DNA from: Nitrospirales bacterium
Lineage (GTDB): Bacteria > Nitrospirota > Nitrospiria > Nitrospirales > UBA8639
Direction: 5' to 3'
DNA: 64,000 nucleotides
Assembly: GCA_965203295.1 (NCBI GenBank)
Contig: CBDBCZ010000006.1
Coordinates: 20,087 to 84,086 of the forward strand
In this document: positions 41,165 through 58,092 of the stretch, piece after piece
Numbering within the stretch: the first letter of the stretch is position 1
How the letters are laid out: each line of letters starts with the position of its first letter
The notes under the pieces: model-generated
Databases searched by the model: none
Told to the model about the DNA's origin: nothing
Seen by the model: the letters and a program-made list of their open reading frames with translations, nothing else
Position numbers and translations under genes: made by a program

Positions 41165-41661
41165 AGTATACATGTACCTGGTGTTATTAACTCTATTATG
41201 CCAACTGCTTTGGACTGAAGCTTCACGTACATGGATATAGCTACATGTATCCTTTGTGAAGTTTCATGAAAGTTCACAAGTGAATATTTGCAATGAGAGT
41301 GGTTTTATGAAACGTTGTGAACAGTTTCGTGCAGCTCTCACAAATAATATTTGCTATGAAAGATATTTCTTCAGACTCTGACCTACGCCACTTCCACTGG
41401 TGGCACAGTAAAGACAATGCCAACTCACCATCTGCTTCTCACTGTCCATTTGCAGTGGTTTCTCCTCTCCAGCCAACTGGTTCATCTCTGCAAGCATCTT
41501 TATCCCAGCCAGAAAATGCTCACAAGTCCAGAAAATGCTCACAACTACCAGAAAATGCTCATAACACTGGATAATGGTCACATAGAACGCACCAAACAAT
41601 AGCAAGCTTATAATACAGAAATCATATAAGACAGAAATACGTATTATATACATAATTATCT

Positions 41662-43782
41662 ATTGTTATCCAGGGCAACTGGAGTCAATATATAAGGAAG
41701 CTGATGAATGTCTTGCAAGGTTCTTGCACCAGATCTTGCAGGATATTTCTATGAGTCACGCAAATTTTAACACAAGATTCTAACACCTTGCAAGATTTTT
41801 GTTGCATGATGAGAAGTTTTGCAAGGGCTTGCAAGAAATAAAATGCAAGATCATGCAAGAGGCCAAAATCCTTGTGAGTCCTGCTTAGGCAAGAAGTCTG
41901 CTAGATAACTTACAAAATTCTGCAAGAAAGCCATGTTAGAACATTGCAAGGCCTTGCAAGGAAACTCTGCATTTCACAATATGAGGATTCTACACAAGCA
42001 CCTGATAAAATGGTTCTTTTTTGTCTGCCATCAAAATGAAACCCTTCTTCTGATGTAGTACCTCCACAAGAAACTGCAAAACATGTACCAAGATTCCCAG
42101 TTAAGGTCATATCCAATAGCAGACAAGGCCTACAAGTTAATGTACCTGACAAACATTGTCCTTGAACAGGGACAGCATCTTCCCAGGGGTTAGTGTGTGA
42201 GCTTTTGCTATTCTGGGAACCTGTGAAGAAAATAGCCATAAATAATACACTTGACATTTAAATGATATATACCTACAAATAGTTTACAATCTGACAGCAA
42301 CTGTACATATTTACAGTTTTTGAAGGAATTAATCACCTTTTTAATACATTCTGTGTTAGTGTATATATATGGACAATCATGTACATGTGTTTTACACAGT
42401 AAGTTAGACACACGTACATGCCCATACACACAACATCGCATACGAAGAGAAGGGAGAGAAATTTTTCTGTGTTGTATGATGAACTTACGTAGACGCGTTT
42501 GAATTTGGGAGCGTCTCATCTTTTCAGAGCTTCTGATAAGAGACATAACCAGCATACTTCCAATACTTGTTTCATATCCTAATATTTGAGTTTCAATTTC
42601 GGGAATGATTGTACTTCTTATAAAACTTTCTGATATGATACATGCACTGCATTTTAAAAACCATTATAGGCAAAATTACTGTGTTTGACTTTAGGGAAAG
42701 TTTCACTCTTTGTCAGCGTTTTTGACAGGACAAACACACTGCATTTTATACCATTTTATCCTAAATCTTTGCATTTTAATTTCGGGAACGTTTCTGCTCA
42801 TTGTGCATGTTTCTGTCGAGATATAACTTTATTTTCATACCCTTGTATGCTAAATCATTGCGTTTATACTTTGGGAACGTTTCTGCTCATTTCAAGCGTT
42901 TCTAACAAGACTATACACAGCATTTCACTACAATTATATCATGCTGAAGCATTGTGTTTTAAATTTCGGGAACGTTTCTGCTCTTCGTAAGCATTTCTGA
43001 CAAAACACATGCACTACATTTCCAATGCCTTACTCTATATCATTGTGTTTGAATTTTGGGAGTGTTGCTGCTCTTTGTAAGCGTTTGTGACAACATATAT
43101 ACACTGCATTAGCAATAGCATTATATGTTCAATCATTGTGTTTGAATTTTTGGGACGTTTCTACTTGTTATGAACGTTTCTGACAAGTTATGTACACTGC
43201 ATTTTAAAGACTCTTATATGGTTTGAAATTCAGTCACGTTGCTACTCGTTTTCAGCGTTTGTGACATGATTATAATGTCCACCGAATCTTCAATACACTT
43301 ATATGATATGCTAAATGATTGTGGTTATAATAATTATATCGGAAGCATTTCTGCTCTCCGTAAGCGATTCTGACGCCGTATTAACACTGCATTTTCAATG
43401 CCATTATATGCTAACTATTGTGTTTGAATTTCGGGAGCGTTCCTGCTCTATGTTAGCGTTTGTGACAACATACATAAACTGCATTTTCAATACTTTTATA
43501 GGCTAAATTAATGTGTTTAGAATTCGGGCACGTTTCTGCTCATTTTGAACCTTTCGGAAAGCTTCTACTATTTGTAAGCATTTCTGATAGGACATATAAA
43601 CTGCATTTCGAATGCATGCGTTTTTATGCTATGTCATTGTACTTACATTTCGGGAAGGTTTCTGCTCATTGTGAGCGTTTCTGGCGACTGCATTTTCAAA
43701 AATTACATAGGCTAAACCACTGTATTTGAAAATTGGGAGCATTTCTGCTATTTGTAAGCGTTCATAACAAGACACATGCATG
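41662..43782 (+). repeat. Right arm of the ~2.1-kb inverted repeat
   Basis: Starts ATTGTTATCCAGGGCAACTGG and is the reverse complement of 31321-33442. Confidence 0.95.
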
Positions 43783-46110
43783 CTGCATTTTCAAAAGTTT
43801 TGTATGCAAATTCATTGTGTTCAAAATTCGGGAGCATTTCTGTTCTTAGTAAGCATTACTGACAATATATTTATACACCGTCTTTTATATGCGAAATCAT
43901 TGAGCTTGAACTTCTGAAAGTTTGTAGTCTTCGTGACCGTTAATTATGCAAGATATATGCAAAGCATTTTCAATTTCTTTATGTGCTAAACGATTGTTTT
44001 TGAATTTCGAAAGCATTCTGCTCTTTGTAATCATCTATAACATTCAAGGTACATGCACTGCATTTTCAATTTCTTTAATTGCAATTTCGCTATAATGTTG
44101 GAATTTGGAGATCGTTTCTGACAAGATATATGCACTGCATTTTTAATGTCATTATATTCTAAATCATAGTGTTTGAAGTTCGGGAGCGTTTTTGCTCTTT
44201 GTATAAGCGTTTCTGACCAGATATATCCACTGCACTTTCAGTAGCTTTGTATCCTAAATCATTGTGTTTGAATTTTGGGAACAGTTTAGCTCTTAGAAAT
44301 TAGTAATCTTTTTCGACTATAGATACTTGTACTACATTTTCACTATACCATTAGAGCCAAAATGATTTCAGGAGCGTTTCTACACTTTGTGAACATTTTT
44401 GACAAGATACATGAAGTGCATTTTCAATTATTCAACTGAATATTTATACATTAGTTTATACTAAAACATTGTGTTTAAATTTTAGGGGCGTTTCAGCTCG
44501 TTGTGAGCGTTTCTGATGAGAATATACACTGCATTTTCTATGCCAGGTTATGCTAAGTCTTTTTTTTTTTGAATTTTGAGCACGTTTTTATTCTCTGTAA
44601 GCGTTTCTGACAAGATATACACTCCGTATTTTCAATATCTTTATATCTTATGTCATTGTGTTTGAATTTTTTAAAAGTTTCTGATCTTTGTAACGTTTCT
44701 GACAAGAGATATATCCTACATTTTCAATACTTTTATATGCCAAATCATTGTGTTTAAAATTCGGGCACGTTTCTGCTCCTTTTGAAAATTTCTGACAAGA
44801 CATATACATTGCATTTTCAATACCTGATATAAATCATTTTTTGCGTGAGTTGCTGCTCTTTGTGAGCGTTTGTGTTCATACATATACAGCATTTTCAATA
44901 CCATTATACATCATACCATTGTGCCTGAATTTTGGAAGCGTTTCAGCTCATTGTGAGCGCTTCTGACAAGATATACAAGGTATAACCACTGCATTTGCAA
45001 TTGTATTGTAATTATGCTGATCATTGTTTGAATTTTGGGAGCGTATCTCGGCTGTATCTGTCTGTCAGTTAGTAATAATGCATATGCAAAATCATCGTGT
45101 TTGAATTTTGGGAGCGTATCTCGGCTGTATCTGTCTGTCAGTTAGTAATAATGTATATGCAAAATCATCGTGTTTGAATTTTGGGAGCGTTTCTGCTCTG
45201 TGTAAGTGTTTCTGATCATGACCAAACACATGCACTACATCTCCAATGCCTTTATATGTGTTTGATTTTCGGGAGAATTCAGGTAACGGTGGCAGATGCC
45301 ATTGGGTAAATACTATTCAAAGTATGCGCAAATTGCAGAGATGACTGTATACTTAATTGCTCACCTCGAGACACAGCCTCAGGGCATTTGATGAGAGGCG
45401 GAGAGCTTCTCTGGACTCCAGTAGTCTCCAGTCTCTGTGCTCTCCCGGCTGGCTCGGCGTTATGCCTCTCTGGAGCACGGGCACTCTCCTGCGTCTGACG
45501 CCGTCTTCCGGCCCTGCCGCAGTTCGGCAAATTGTGCTGTCAACAGCTCGATATTTCTCTCCCATTTGTCGCGGGCCGGGTTCTTCGCAAAACTCAACTT
45601 CAGTATAATATAGAACTCAACTCCAGTATCCAGTGTAGCACGTATACACATCACATCACTCACATGCACAAAATGCAACGGACTATTTATACAGTTTTCC
45701 AAACAATGGTGTCTCTGGGTACAAGTCTGACACTAATATTTTGTAACAATTACAACAATGGCTATCTTTGTTCTATGACTAACATGTGATAGCTGGTAGG
45801 TCTGTTACTTTGTAAGCGTTTGTGACAAAATAGATACTGTAACATTTGTACTGTATTTACAATAACATCAATATTATGCTCAATCGCTGTGCTTGAATTT
45901 CGGGGACGCGTTTGTGCTCGTTGTGAACGTTTCTGACAAATTGTATACACTGCATTTTGTGACCTTTATAATTATTGTTAGTATAATTTCGGGAATGTTT
46001 CTGGTCATTGTAAGCGTTTTCGACAACATAGACACTCGTCTACATTTTCAATATGCTTAATCATTGTGTTTGAATTAGGGGAGATATTCTACCCATTGTT
46101 AGTCTTGAGT
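42500..46110 (+). repeat. Degenerate ~92-bp tandem array, interrupted at 45280-45780
   Basis: Recurring AATCATTGTGTTTGAATTTCGGGAGCGTTTCTGCTC..GTAAGCGTTTCTGACAAGA..CACTGCATTTTCAAT at a spacing of about 90-95 bp. Confidence 0.9.
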
Positions 46111-46657
46111 TTTAGTATTAAGACCGTGTTTCTCGACTTGAAGTAGCAGAATGAATGCTAGGGTGGTTCCAAAATTAATGCTATAGCAACACCTGTACGG
46201 CAAGTATACATTAGAACCACAAAAGAATGCGTACAGCGCATTTACATGTTAACTATAAGGTGTTTCAAACTAAAGATACAAAAGGACTAAGCCGGGTGGC
46301 AAGTAAATAAATGGTACAAACTAACATTTGTCAATATCACTAATGGTGCCAACAAGTGTTTGCTGAACTTTGTCCCATTTGTTATTCCAAGCAGGAAGGG
46401 TTAACGTTCCATAAAAAAAAGTGTGTTCATCATACATGGTGTGGGATAGGCAATGTCGAAAACATAATACACTGCTATAAGGGCAACAATGGCCTTGTAC
46501 AGCGAAGGCAACTCAGCCAACAGTTCTTTCTCCACGACAAGGAAGAACTGCATGTCCATGCACTGCCAAACTGAATCAGGTACGGTGTTGAAATGCCACC
46601 TGATATCTTGGCATCGAGATCTTCACCATCCTGGTTAAAGGAGAATTAAAAGCAACA
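45850..46657 (+). repeat. Direct copy of 34430-35388 (last exon of the SAMD3-like ORF)
   Basis: Near-identical sequence ending GGAGAATTAAAAGCAACA in both copies. Confidence 0.9.
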
Positions 46658-46658
46658 A

Positions 46659-47310
46659 ATTGTTATCCAGGGCAACTGGAGTCAATATATAAGGCAGCTG
46701 ATGAATGTCTTGCAAGGTTCTTGCACCAGATCTTGCAGGATTTTTCTATGAGTCACGCAAATTTTAACACAAGATTCTAACACCTTGCAAGATTTTTGTT
46801 GCATGATGAGAAGTTTTGCAAGGGCTTGCAAGAAATAAAATGCAAGATCATGCAAGAATGTGGCCAAAATCCTTGTGAGTCCTGCAAGAAGTCTGCTAGA
46901 TAACTTACAAAATTCTGCAAGAGAGCCATGTTAGAACATTGCAAGACCTTGCAAGGAAACTCTGCATTTCACAACATGAGGATTCTACACAAGCACCTGA
47001 TAGAATGGTTCTTTTTTGTCTGCCATCAAAATGAAACCCTTCTTCTGATGTAGTACCTCCACAAGAAACTGCAAAACATGTAGCTACCAAGATTCCCAGT
47101 TAAGGTCATATCCAATAGCAGACAAGGCCTACAAGTTAATGTACCTGACAAACATTGTCCTTGAACAGGGACAGCATCTTCCCAGTTGTTTTTAAAATTC
47201 GGGCACGTTTCTGCTCCTTTTGAAAATTTCTGACTGACATATACACTGCATTTTCAATACCTTGATATAGATAATTTTTTGGGTGAGTTGCTGCTCTTTG
47301 TGAGCGTTTG
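46659..47310 (+). repeat. Third, internally deleted copy of the element terminus
   Basis: 46659-47185 matches 41662-42186, then the sequence jumps to a match with 44750-44910. Confidence 0.9.
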
Positions 47311-48979
47311 TGTTCATACATATACAGCATTTTTCAATACCATTATACAAACGCATAAACTAAGGCACCAGACTACACACTGGAATTTATCCTTAGCAGT
47401 AACTTGCACTCACACTGAACACTCCCTTCAGCACACCATAATTACCATGTTCATCAGCATCATTGCCCACCGCAATCCCACCAGCCATATTCACAATATT
47501 ATAGGATATACGCAGTTCACAACCGACACTACATGTACAGCATATCCTACACTGCTACATGCACTATATATCTACATAGTGCTCCCTGCCTCACAGACAA
47601 CTACTGTCACCATTAGCCAGACCCCTGAGTCACAACTGCATAGAAACAATTAAAAATTATCTATTAGCAAATACATTGACTCCTCCATACAGTAGAGAAT
47701 ATGACACTTCTCACTTGATATATGCTACAAACCTACAAATGCACAGTCACTCTAAGAGCGCAGCTAAATGAAGACCTGCACGGAAAACTGCATGATGTGC
47801 GTGGCATGGAGGGGATGGTGGCGTGTGTTATTGGAATGGTAATCCGTGAAAGTTCTGTGGTACCTTGTTCGGTTACTTTACGTTTTCATTTCTACCTGCT
47901 CTTTCATTTTTGAATACTTTTTTTTTTTTAAATCTATGCTCATTTCTGTGTAATATATTACGGTCCAGTGATGTTGAACACATTTTCTGTGTCTCTATTC
48001 GATAGTTTATGAAGGAGTCGAGCTCTGTGGACACCCCTCTAAATACATTGGCCATGCTGCAGACCAAGCAAAAGGCTTCACAGGCGGCCTACATAGTTCT
48101 CAGCGGAGAGTCTCAGTCCATGCTTGCGTAAGTGGCTACAGTAGCACTAGTAAACTGGTAGTGTAATGACATACTTCTTGCATAACGATAAGTTCCACAA
48201 ACTAGTAGATTTTACTGGTTGGGCACACACTTTGTACACACCGTAGATTAATAACCTACTACGTACCTGGATTGGAAACGGAATCACGTGAGCGCATAAA
48301 CCCTGTACATTTTGGCGGTGCCCATCCGTGCAGCGCTCTATGGTACGCCGCCTGGAACGAGAGATAGATGCAGAAGCGGCCCACTGGTAGTTCTGAAGCG
48401 ACACTTTGAAGATTTTATACATCCTATCAATACTGCACAGCCTAAGAGAGGTATATTTCTGCTTACTAGAATAATATTGTAAAATTTGGGTGCAAAAAAC
48501 GGCATATTTTTTGTTCCATAGCAACCATTTTCTCATCCCGAATGTTTTGTGGGACAGTTTCTCTTATACCATGACACTTCTTAGGACTGAAATTTCAGAT
48601 TTAGTTTGTCAAAGTAATGAAGTTTTGCATGCTGGGTATAAAAGTTTAATCTTGCTTGTGGTATAAGGTGTGTATACAATATTTGTCTGTTAGTGGTGTT
48701 TCTTTTAGACAATTTTTGTGGGACAGTTGTATGCTTCACACTAACATTTAAGAATAGAAACTGTGCTACTGGGCATGGCCAGGTATTGAAGCTTTGCATG
48801 CTGTGAATGAATAAGAGTACTGCTTCCCTTGTGAGGTGTGCCTTGGTAATCATGTCATGCATGCCCCTCACAAGTTCCTGCTTTATCATTTTCTTGTAGG
48901 ATTCTTTTGATACATATGTATAGCTACCAGTTAAATGCAGTCAATATTTGTCATAGGCAAGATGGCAATTTTTTTTTTA

Positions 48980-49166
48980 GTTTGCAGCTGTCTTCTGCAG
49001 TCGGGAGAGTGCAGTTTGTCCTCTGTCTGGAATCAAGAAGCGTTCGCTCGTGGGGGGTTTCTACACTAGCCCTATAGTAATTCCAATCGGTGCCACAGCT
49101 GGTGTCCTTTATAGAGAGAGAGGTTGTCCGCTGGTGGGAGGGTCCGTTATGGGAGGTTCCACTGTA
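48980..49166 (-). mobile_element. Truncated pogo-like MITE
   Basis: TA-CAGTGGAACCTC terminus similar to the one at 18125. Confidence 0.6.
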
Positions 49167-51150
49167 TATACTAGTCCAGGCATGCACATCCTATAATGCA
49201 CACCTATGCCTAGATATGCATGGCCTACAGCATACCTTGATGGGAAGGAGAAAATTCAAACTCAGTGTACTACGTAAGAACTAGGAACGTAGTAATATGT
49301 TCCGAATTTCCTTCCAGTCAGCATTCGTCTGAGTCCATTTAGTCCACAGCTAGGCTCCTGACTACTAAATACTGACTTGAGGAGCCTAATTAGAGGTATT
49401 CTGAAAGGGAGCAACAAATGCAATCCCAGTAGGTTGGTCAATGGTAGAAGACGACAAATAATTTGAAGTAAGGCAGATAATGGCGAAGGTATTAGCCCAG
49501 GAAATGAAAACAGTAGGTGTAAAGAACTTCACTGTACATACATGTACTTACACTGTTACAGTACATGTACATGCTCAAAAAAATCTCCTGGGAGTTAACG
49601 GGACAACTCTACTCCAACACCTACATGTATCCACATCGGTTTCCACTCTGTCAAGTATGACCATGGCATGATCATGAGAGCCATTGACTGTTGATGGTGT
49701 ATTCTACATACACAGAGTAATTATGAATCTACCAGCATTTATGTTATCATGTATAAACAGCTGTTTGAACACAGTGTAGCTACATGCATACAAGGTATTG
49801 ATACAACACTTGCTGTTGCAGTTTGAATTGTCTGTGGTTGCAAAGATTGCCAGTAGCTTCTTCTGCCATAGCACTGATAACAGCTGAATACACGTTTCTA
49901 TACGAGCGGCACGCGCGCAACACGGGGAGGGCGTTGCACGGATGGTGGCGTGAAATAATCGCGTTTCCAATCCCGGTTACGTAGTTATTATCTATGTACA
50001 CACCCAGTTAATAAAAGTGAAACGTGGAAATCTGCAGCATTAAAATATTCCTATGTATATACCTCATTGTCATGATATTATTTTAGCATTGATGGATAAA
50101 TGTATTTCTTTCCTTTAGGTCAGATATAGCAAAGAAAAAGTAAGCAAGTGCAATGGCAAAATTATTCCGAGCGAAGCGAGGCTATACTCCGGTTCCATTG
50201 ACCTTTTTCGTCGTCATGGTCCACGTCCCTCCCAGCCACTTCTCCAGACATATAGCCTACCAAACTCGCAGCAAACACTTACCTTCGTTACAGAACTCTG
50301 TACGAGAGACTTGGAAGCGCTCACTATTACAGCGGGCCTGCGTCAGCCTGTGGTCTTCCAGGCGCATTATTATACGTAGCCATTTTGTATTTGGGGTTGT
50401 AGGCGTGCCCTGTTACTTTTGACCTTTTTCTGCTTGGTAGGCGTGCCACAAAATATATGTGCCACACCCAGCAATTCTCGCGAAGCGAGGACATCCCTGC
50501 ACATTGTGTATCACTAGTTAGGAAACTGAACTGGCAATTGTTGTAATGTCTTCATGTGCACATCATTACATGTATTAGACATGTTTGTCACTGAGTGTAC
50601 AATTCTCTCTTATTATAATGATCACAAATTATGGATTGTATTAGTAATTATTTAGCCGTGTGAGTGTATAGTAAGTATGCCTATAATTAACTAGGTAGGA
50701 AGGTTCCTGTGACCTACGTAGTGGGGAGGTTGGAATTAAGGCTTTCATCTTGATTGGAAAAAACCTTTTTTTTCAGAGTATGAAAATATGAAAATGATCA
50801 AACAACAATTGAGTAATCCCATTGGAAGTATAGTCTTACTTCATCGGGCAATAGACTTTCTGAAGCGTTGTAGAAAATACAGGTTTTACGCAAAATTTAA
50901 AGTTGCGGGGCATGTAAACGTCCTTTTAACACTAACCCCGACCCTAACCCCTAACAATACAATGTTGGTAAACCTGGACAGCTTAGCTAGATCGTCCCTA
51001 TTTATACGTACTGACGCGCTACATAAGCTTACGTTGCAGTTAGACAAGTGATTACAAGTCCGGGTGCTGAACTTCAGTAGGTTGCAGTTTGAGTGCCTCG
51101 GCAACTCATTGAGGTTCAGCACCCGAATGTGGGTGCAAAACATTGCAAAC

Positions 51151-51181
51151 CATGGACAATACATACTATGTATTGTCCATG
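51151..51181. mobile_element. 31-bp palindromic mini-element with an 8-bp target duplication (hAT-like)
   Basis: CATGGACAATACATA-C-TATGTATTGTCCATG flanked by TTGCAAAC on both sides. Confidence 0.75.
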
Positions 51182-51499
51182 TTGCAAACTGTGTGCTGCT
51201 TTTTAGGCATGCATGTACGTGTCATAAAATTGTATTGTGAAATAAAATAAAAAAGGGGGGCTACACCCCTTTGCATCCCACCTAGCCCTAGTCTGGATCA
51301 GACCCTCCACTCTCAAGGGAAAGCGTAGGAAAATTAGGGAAAGGTAAGAGGAAGGAGGGTCTGGGGAATAACTATAGGCGGAAATGGACCCGTGGAATGT
51401 GAACGGAAGCTATTATTACACCGCGTGAAGTTTAGTGGGCTTCATTGTTAATTGTGTCATAGGTCATACTTAGTACTTCAGACTAATAATATACCCGTA

Positions 51500-51960
51500 T
51501 AGCTGTAGTGAGCCTCGTCTATCACGAGCCCAACTAGGCCGAGGTAAGAAGCATCTCGCGCCACGAGGATTTCGCAGGATTGACTCAGGGCTGATATATA
51601 CAAGCTGACACTGGCCGGTTCGAATTCGCACATAATTGTACACGGCATCGATATCCTGTTGCAGCTCTCCAACAAACTCAGCAGCTATCCCCTTTGTGGT
51701 GAACTTCTCCCGCTGGTCTGTCACAAGTGCCGTTAATGGCGACACACACAACTATGGACTTGTGAGTGGCGGCTCGCAGACGGTCGAACACTAGTGGCCG
51801 TAGCTAACGCGTAGCAAAAGACTTCCCGTAGCCGGTGGGAAGAGCTACAAATACGCCCCTGCCGCTAACAAAGCTTCTAATGGCTTGGCTCTTCTCCTTC
51901 TTAAGCTCCTCCACACCAACCAAAGACATCGAATCTGTAGGTAGCCGCACTGATACTTAT
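51500..51960 (-). pseudogene. RecQ-like SF2 helicase fragment (AcademH cargo)
   Basis: Motifs VFVALPTGYGKS, VSPLTALVTDQ, QLVYISPESIL and LVIDEAH, with frameshifts between them. Confidence 0.85.
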
Positions 51961-52063
51961 TTCTGAGGAGGCAGCCATGACGATTTATGAGATTCACAAC
52001 TTCGCACATACTTGACGGGGCGTATTTTCCCTCATCTACACTCACGGCGGCATTCCAATGTTT

Positions 52064-55500
<3,437 letters not shown>

Positions 55501-56669
55501 GCTGGTCCACTTCCGCCCATAGTTATTCCCCAGACCCTCCTTCCTCTTACCTTTCCCTAATTTTCCTACGCTTTCCCTTGAGAGTGGAGGGTCTGATCCA
55601 GACTATGCCGGTTAGTGATCGTGCCGGTTAGTGGAATGAGATAACCCTATAAATTAAATGCTGCACGTGTGTGTGGCGTGCCGGTTAGAGATCGTGCCGG
55701 TTAGTGGAAGAGCGGAGATAACCCTATAAATTAAATGCTGCACGTGTGTGCGGGATCATGGGCGTAGTCTTGAGACGGTACGGAATAGCGCGCGAACCGC
55801 TGCCTTTGCGTGCGTCTGAGGTATTTTTATCTATGCTGAAATCACGCAACAGCAGCGATTCGGTATTTAGATACTGTACTGAAAGTGAGCGGATTCGCTG
55901 AGATACAGAAGAGCTTAAATGGCTAAAAGTGTGGTGTGTCCAGGGAGATACATTGGTGGACATGCAGAATAACTCTAATCCCCACCATTTCTAGCTGAAT
56001 GTATAAAGTCTCATCATAGATAGTGTATGTGGACTCGTGCCTAGACTGTGTCAGAGTCCTGGGGACTAAGATACATTCCAATCCCCTGGAAATGGAAAGA
56101 TCTCAAGAATTCTAGCTACATGGGAAAGAGATTTAAATGTGGTGTTATCTATCACTCCTTCCCCTCTCAGGCCCTCTCATGCAGTGTTGTACTACTACCA
56201 GGCTACCTCGTTACAATCCTAATGGCTGCAGATCATTTCACCTTTTGCTCGTCATTCCTAAAACATAATTAAGTTTAATATTGTATCTTTACACCAAGAA
56301 ACATATTTTTTTGGTGGTGGGTGGTTGAAGGGATGGAAGAAACAAAAATCATTAATTCAGATTTAAATTATGTTTTCTGATGGCATCATCACCTAAATTT
56401 GCCACCATGAAGTCCTTTAAACCTCAGCCCGAGTGCACACAAATTATGCACATTGCTCATTCCCGCGATAGTGTTGTCCCAGCACATGGAGTATAAAATA
56501 ATTTACAATTATAGCATGCAGTACTATACATATCAGATCGGCAGTAATACACAGCCCCGCCTCCACTATTATGCACAAGGTGGCTCAACCCTCCAAGCTG
56601 CAGCTGCTATAAAACCACAATTGTGATGAAGCCACATAATTACCGTAATAGGAACTCTGTAATCACATC

Positions 56670-57268
56670 CTTGGAGGTGGTAGGATGTTCTGTTAGCAAC
56701 CCCCTTACCTCATACTGCATACTGTATGATGGTGCTCCTCTCTGTGTCACTGTATTTGGTTGCCATGCCCTTATTTAGTTGAGTTATGCATAGGAAGAAC
56801 CTGCCCTAGCTTTTTTAGAATTCTAGTTATGTCAATCTCCTGTTTTCATACTTTTTTAATTGATTACTTAAAATTTCCTGTACAGTTTAACTACATTCTT
56901 GGAGGTAGGCAGGATGTCCTGTTAGCAACCTACTTACCTCATACTGTACATTGCATGATGCATCCCGTAGTGCTCCTCTCTGTGCCACTGTATTTGGTTA
57001 TACTGGTTACCTTGTCCTTACTTAGTTGAGTTATGCACAGGAAGAGCCTCGCCCAGTTTTCTAGAATTCCAGTTATGTCATTCTCCTGTTTTCACACTAT
57101 TTTGTTGATTACTTAAATTTCCTGTACAGTTTAACTACATTCTTGGAGGTAGGCAGGATGTCCTGTTAGCAACCTACTTACCTCATATACTGTACATTGC
57201 ATGATGCATCCCGTAGTGCTCCTCTCTGTGTCACTGTATTTGGTTATACTGGTTACCTTGCCCTTATA
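56670..57268. repeat. About 2.5 tandem copies of a 230-245-bp unit
   Basis: CTTGGAGGT..AGGATGT.CTGTTAGCAACC recurs at about 56670, 56898 and 57142. Confidence 0.85.
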
Positions 57269-58092
57269 TGCTGGCTCATTTACATGCAGGTATAAAGAGT
57301 GAGCGCTAATAACTTGAGTACGTGGGCCTGTATTCAGTACAGGTCTATCAATGTGTATGTATTGTATATTGTACTGCTTTTTTATTTTGCTCCAAATAGG
57401 CATTCTTAGCAATCACCCACATTTGAAGACATCAAAAGAGACGGCTAAAGTAGAAGAACCCGTAAGTACATTTTTAAACCTACACTAGAGCTTCTATTTA
57501 ACTACTACTGTGTACATGTCTATAACAGAGCTCAATCAATGTGCAAGATTTTGATTATGACAATGAACCAAGAGCGCAATTAAGCACAGGTCAGTCAATG
57601 GAATTGGTTTCTACAACCAATACATCTGTTGAGGAACTGAATTCTTTTTCCAACTACAGACATGGAAGGAACAGCTTTCTTGGATACAGTACCTCACAAT
57701 AGAGACAGTGATTCTGAAGGCATGCCACCATGCATCACTTTTTAAAGATACATAATGTTGTCATTCAATTTTTCATATCTTTCTACATATAGTTTCACCA
57801 CCTAGAAAACAATCAAAACATTCACTAAAGAGACGCAAGGGGCTACCACAATGAGTGAGAATAACGGCTATTATCAGTGCTTTTGCATGCTGTACAATTC
57901 ACTCTTCATTTGTTACAGATGGAAGTGTGGCAATAACATCAAAAACTGAACGTGATTTATCGTGTCGAGAATGTTTGCCAAATGTACAGTCACCATCACA
58001 TCAAAACCTAGGGAATCTTAGCATTGAGGTATTACAGAATTTGAAACAAGTGATAATATTCCTTTTTGATCTTCTGTTCATGTATTATTCAG

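Noticed and set aside
50930..50956. TAACCC-like telomeric repeats
   Set aside because: Only about three degenerate units, which is too few to call an interstitial telomere.
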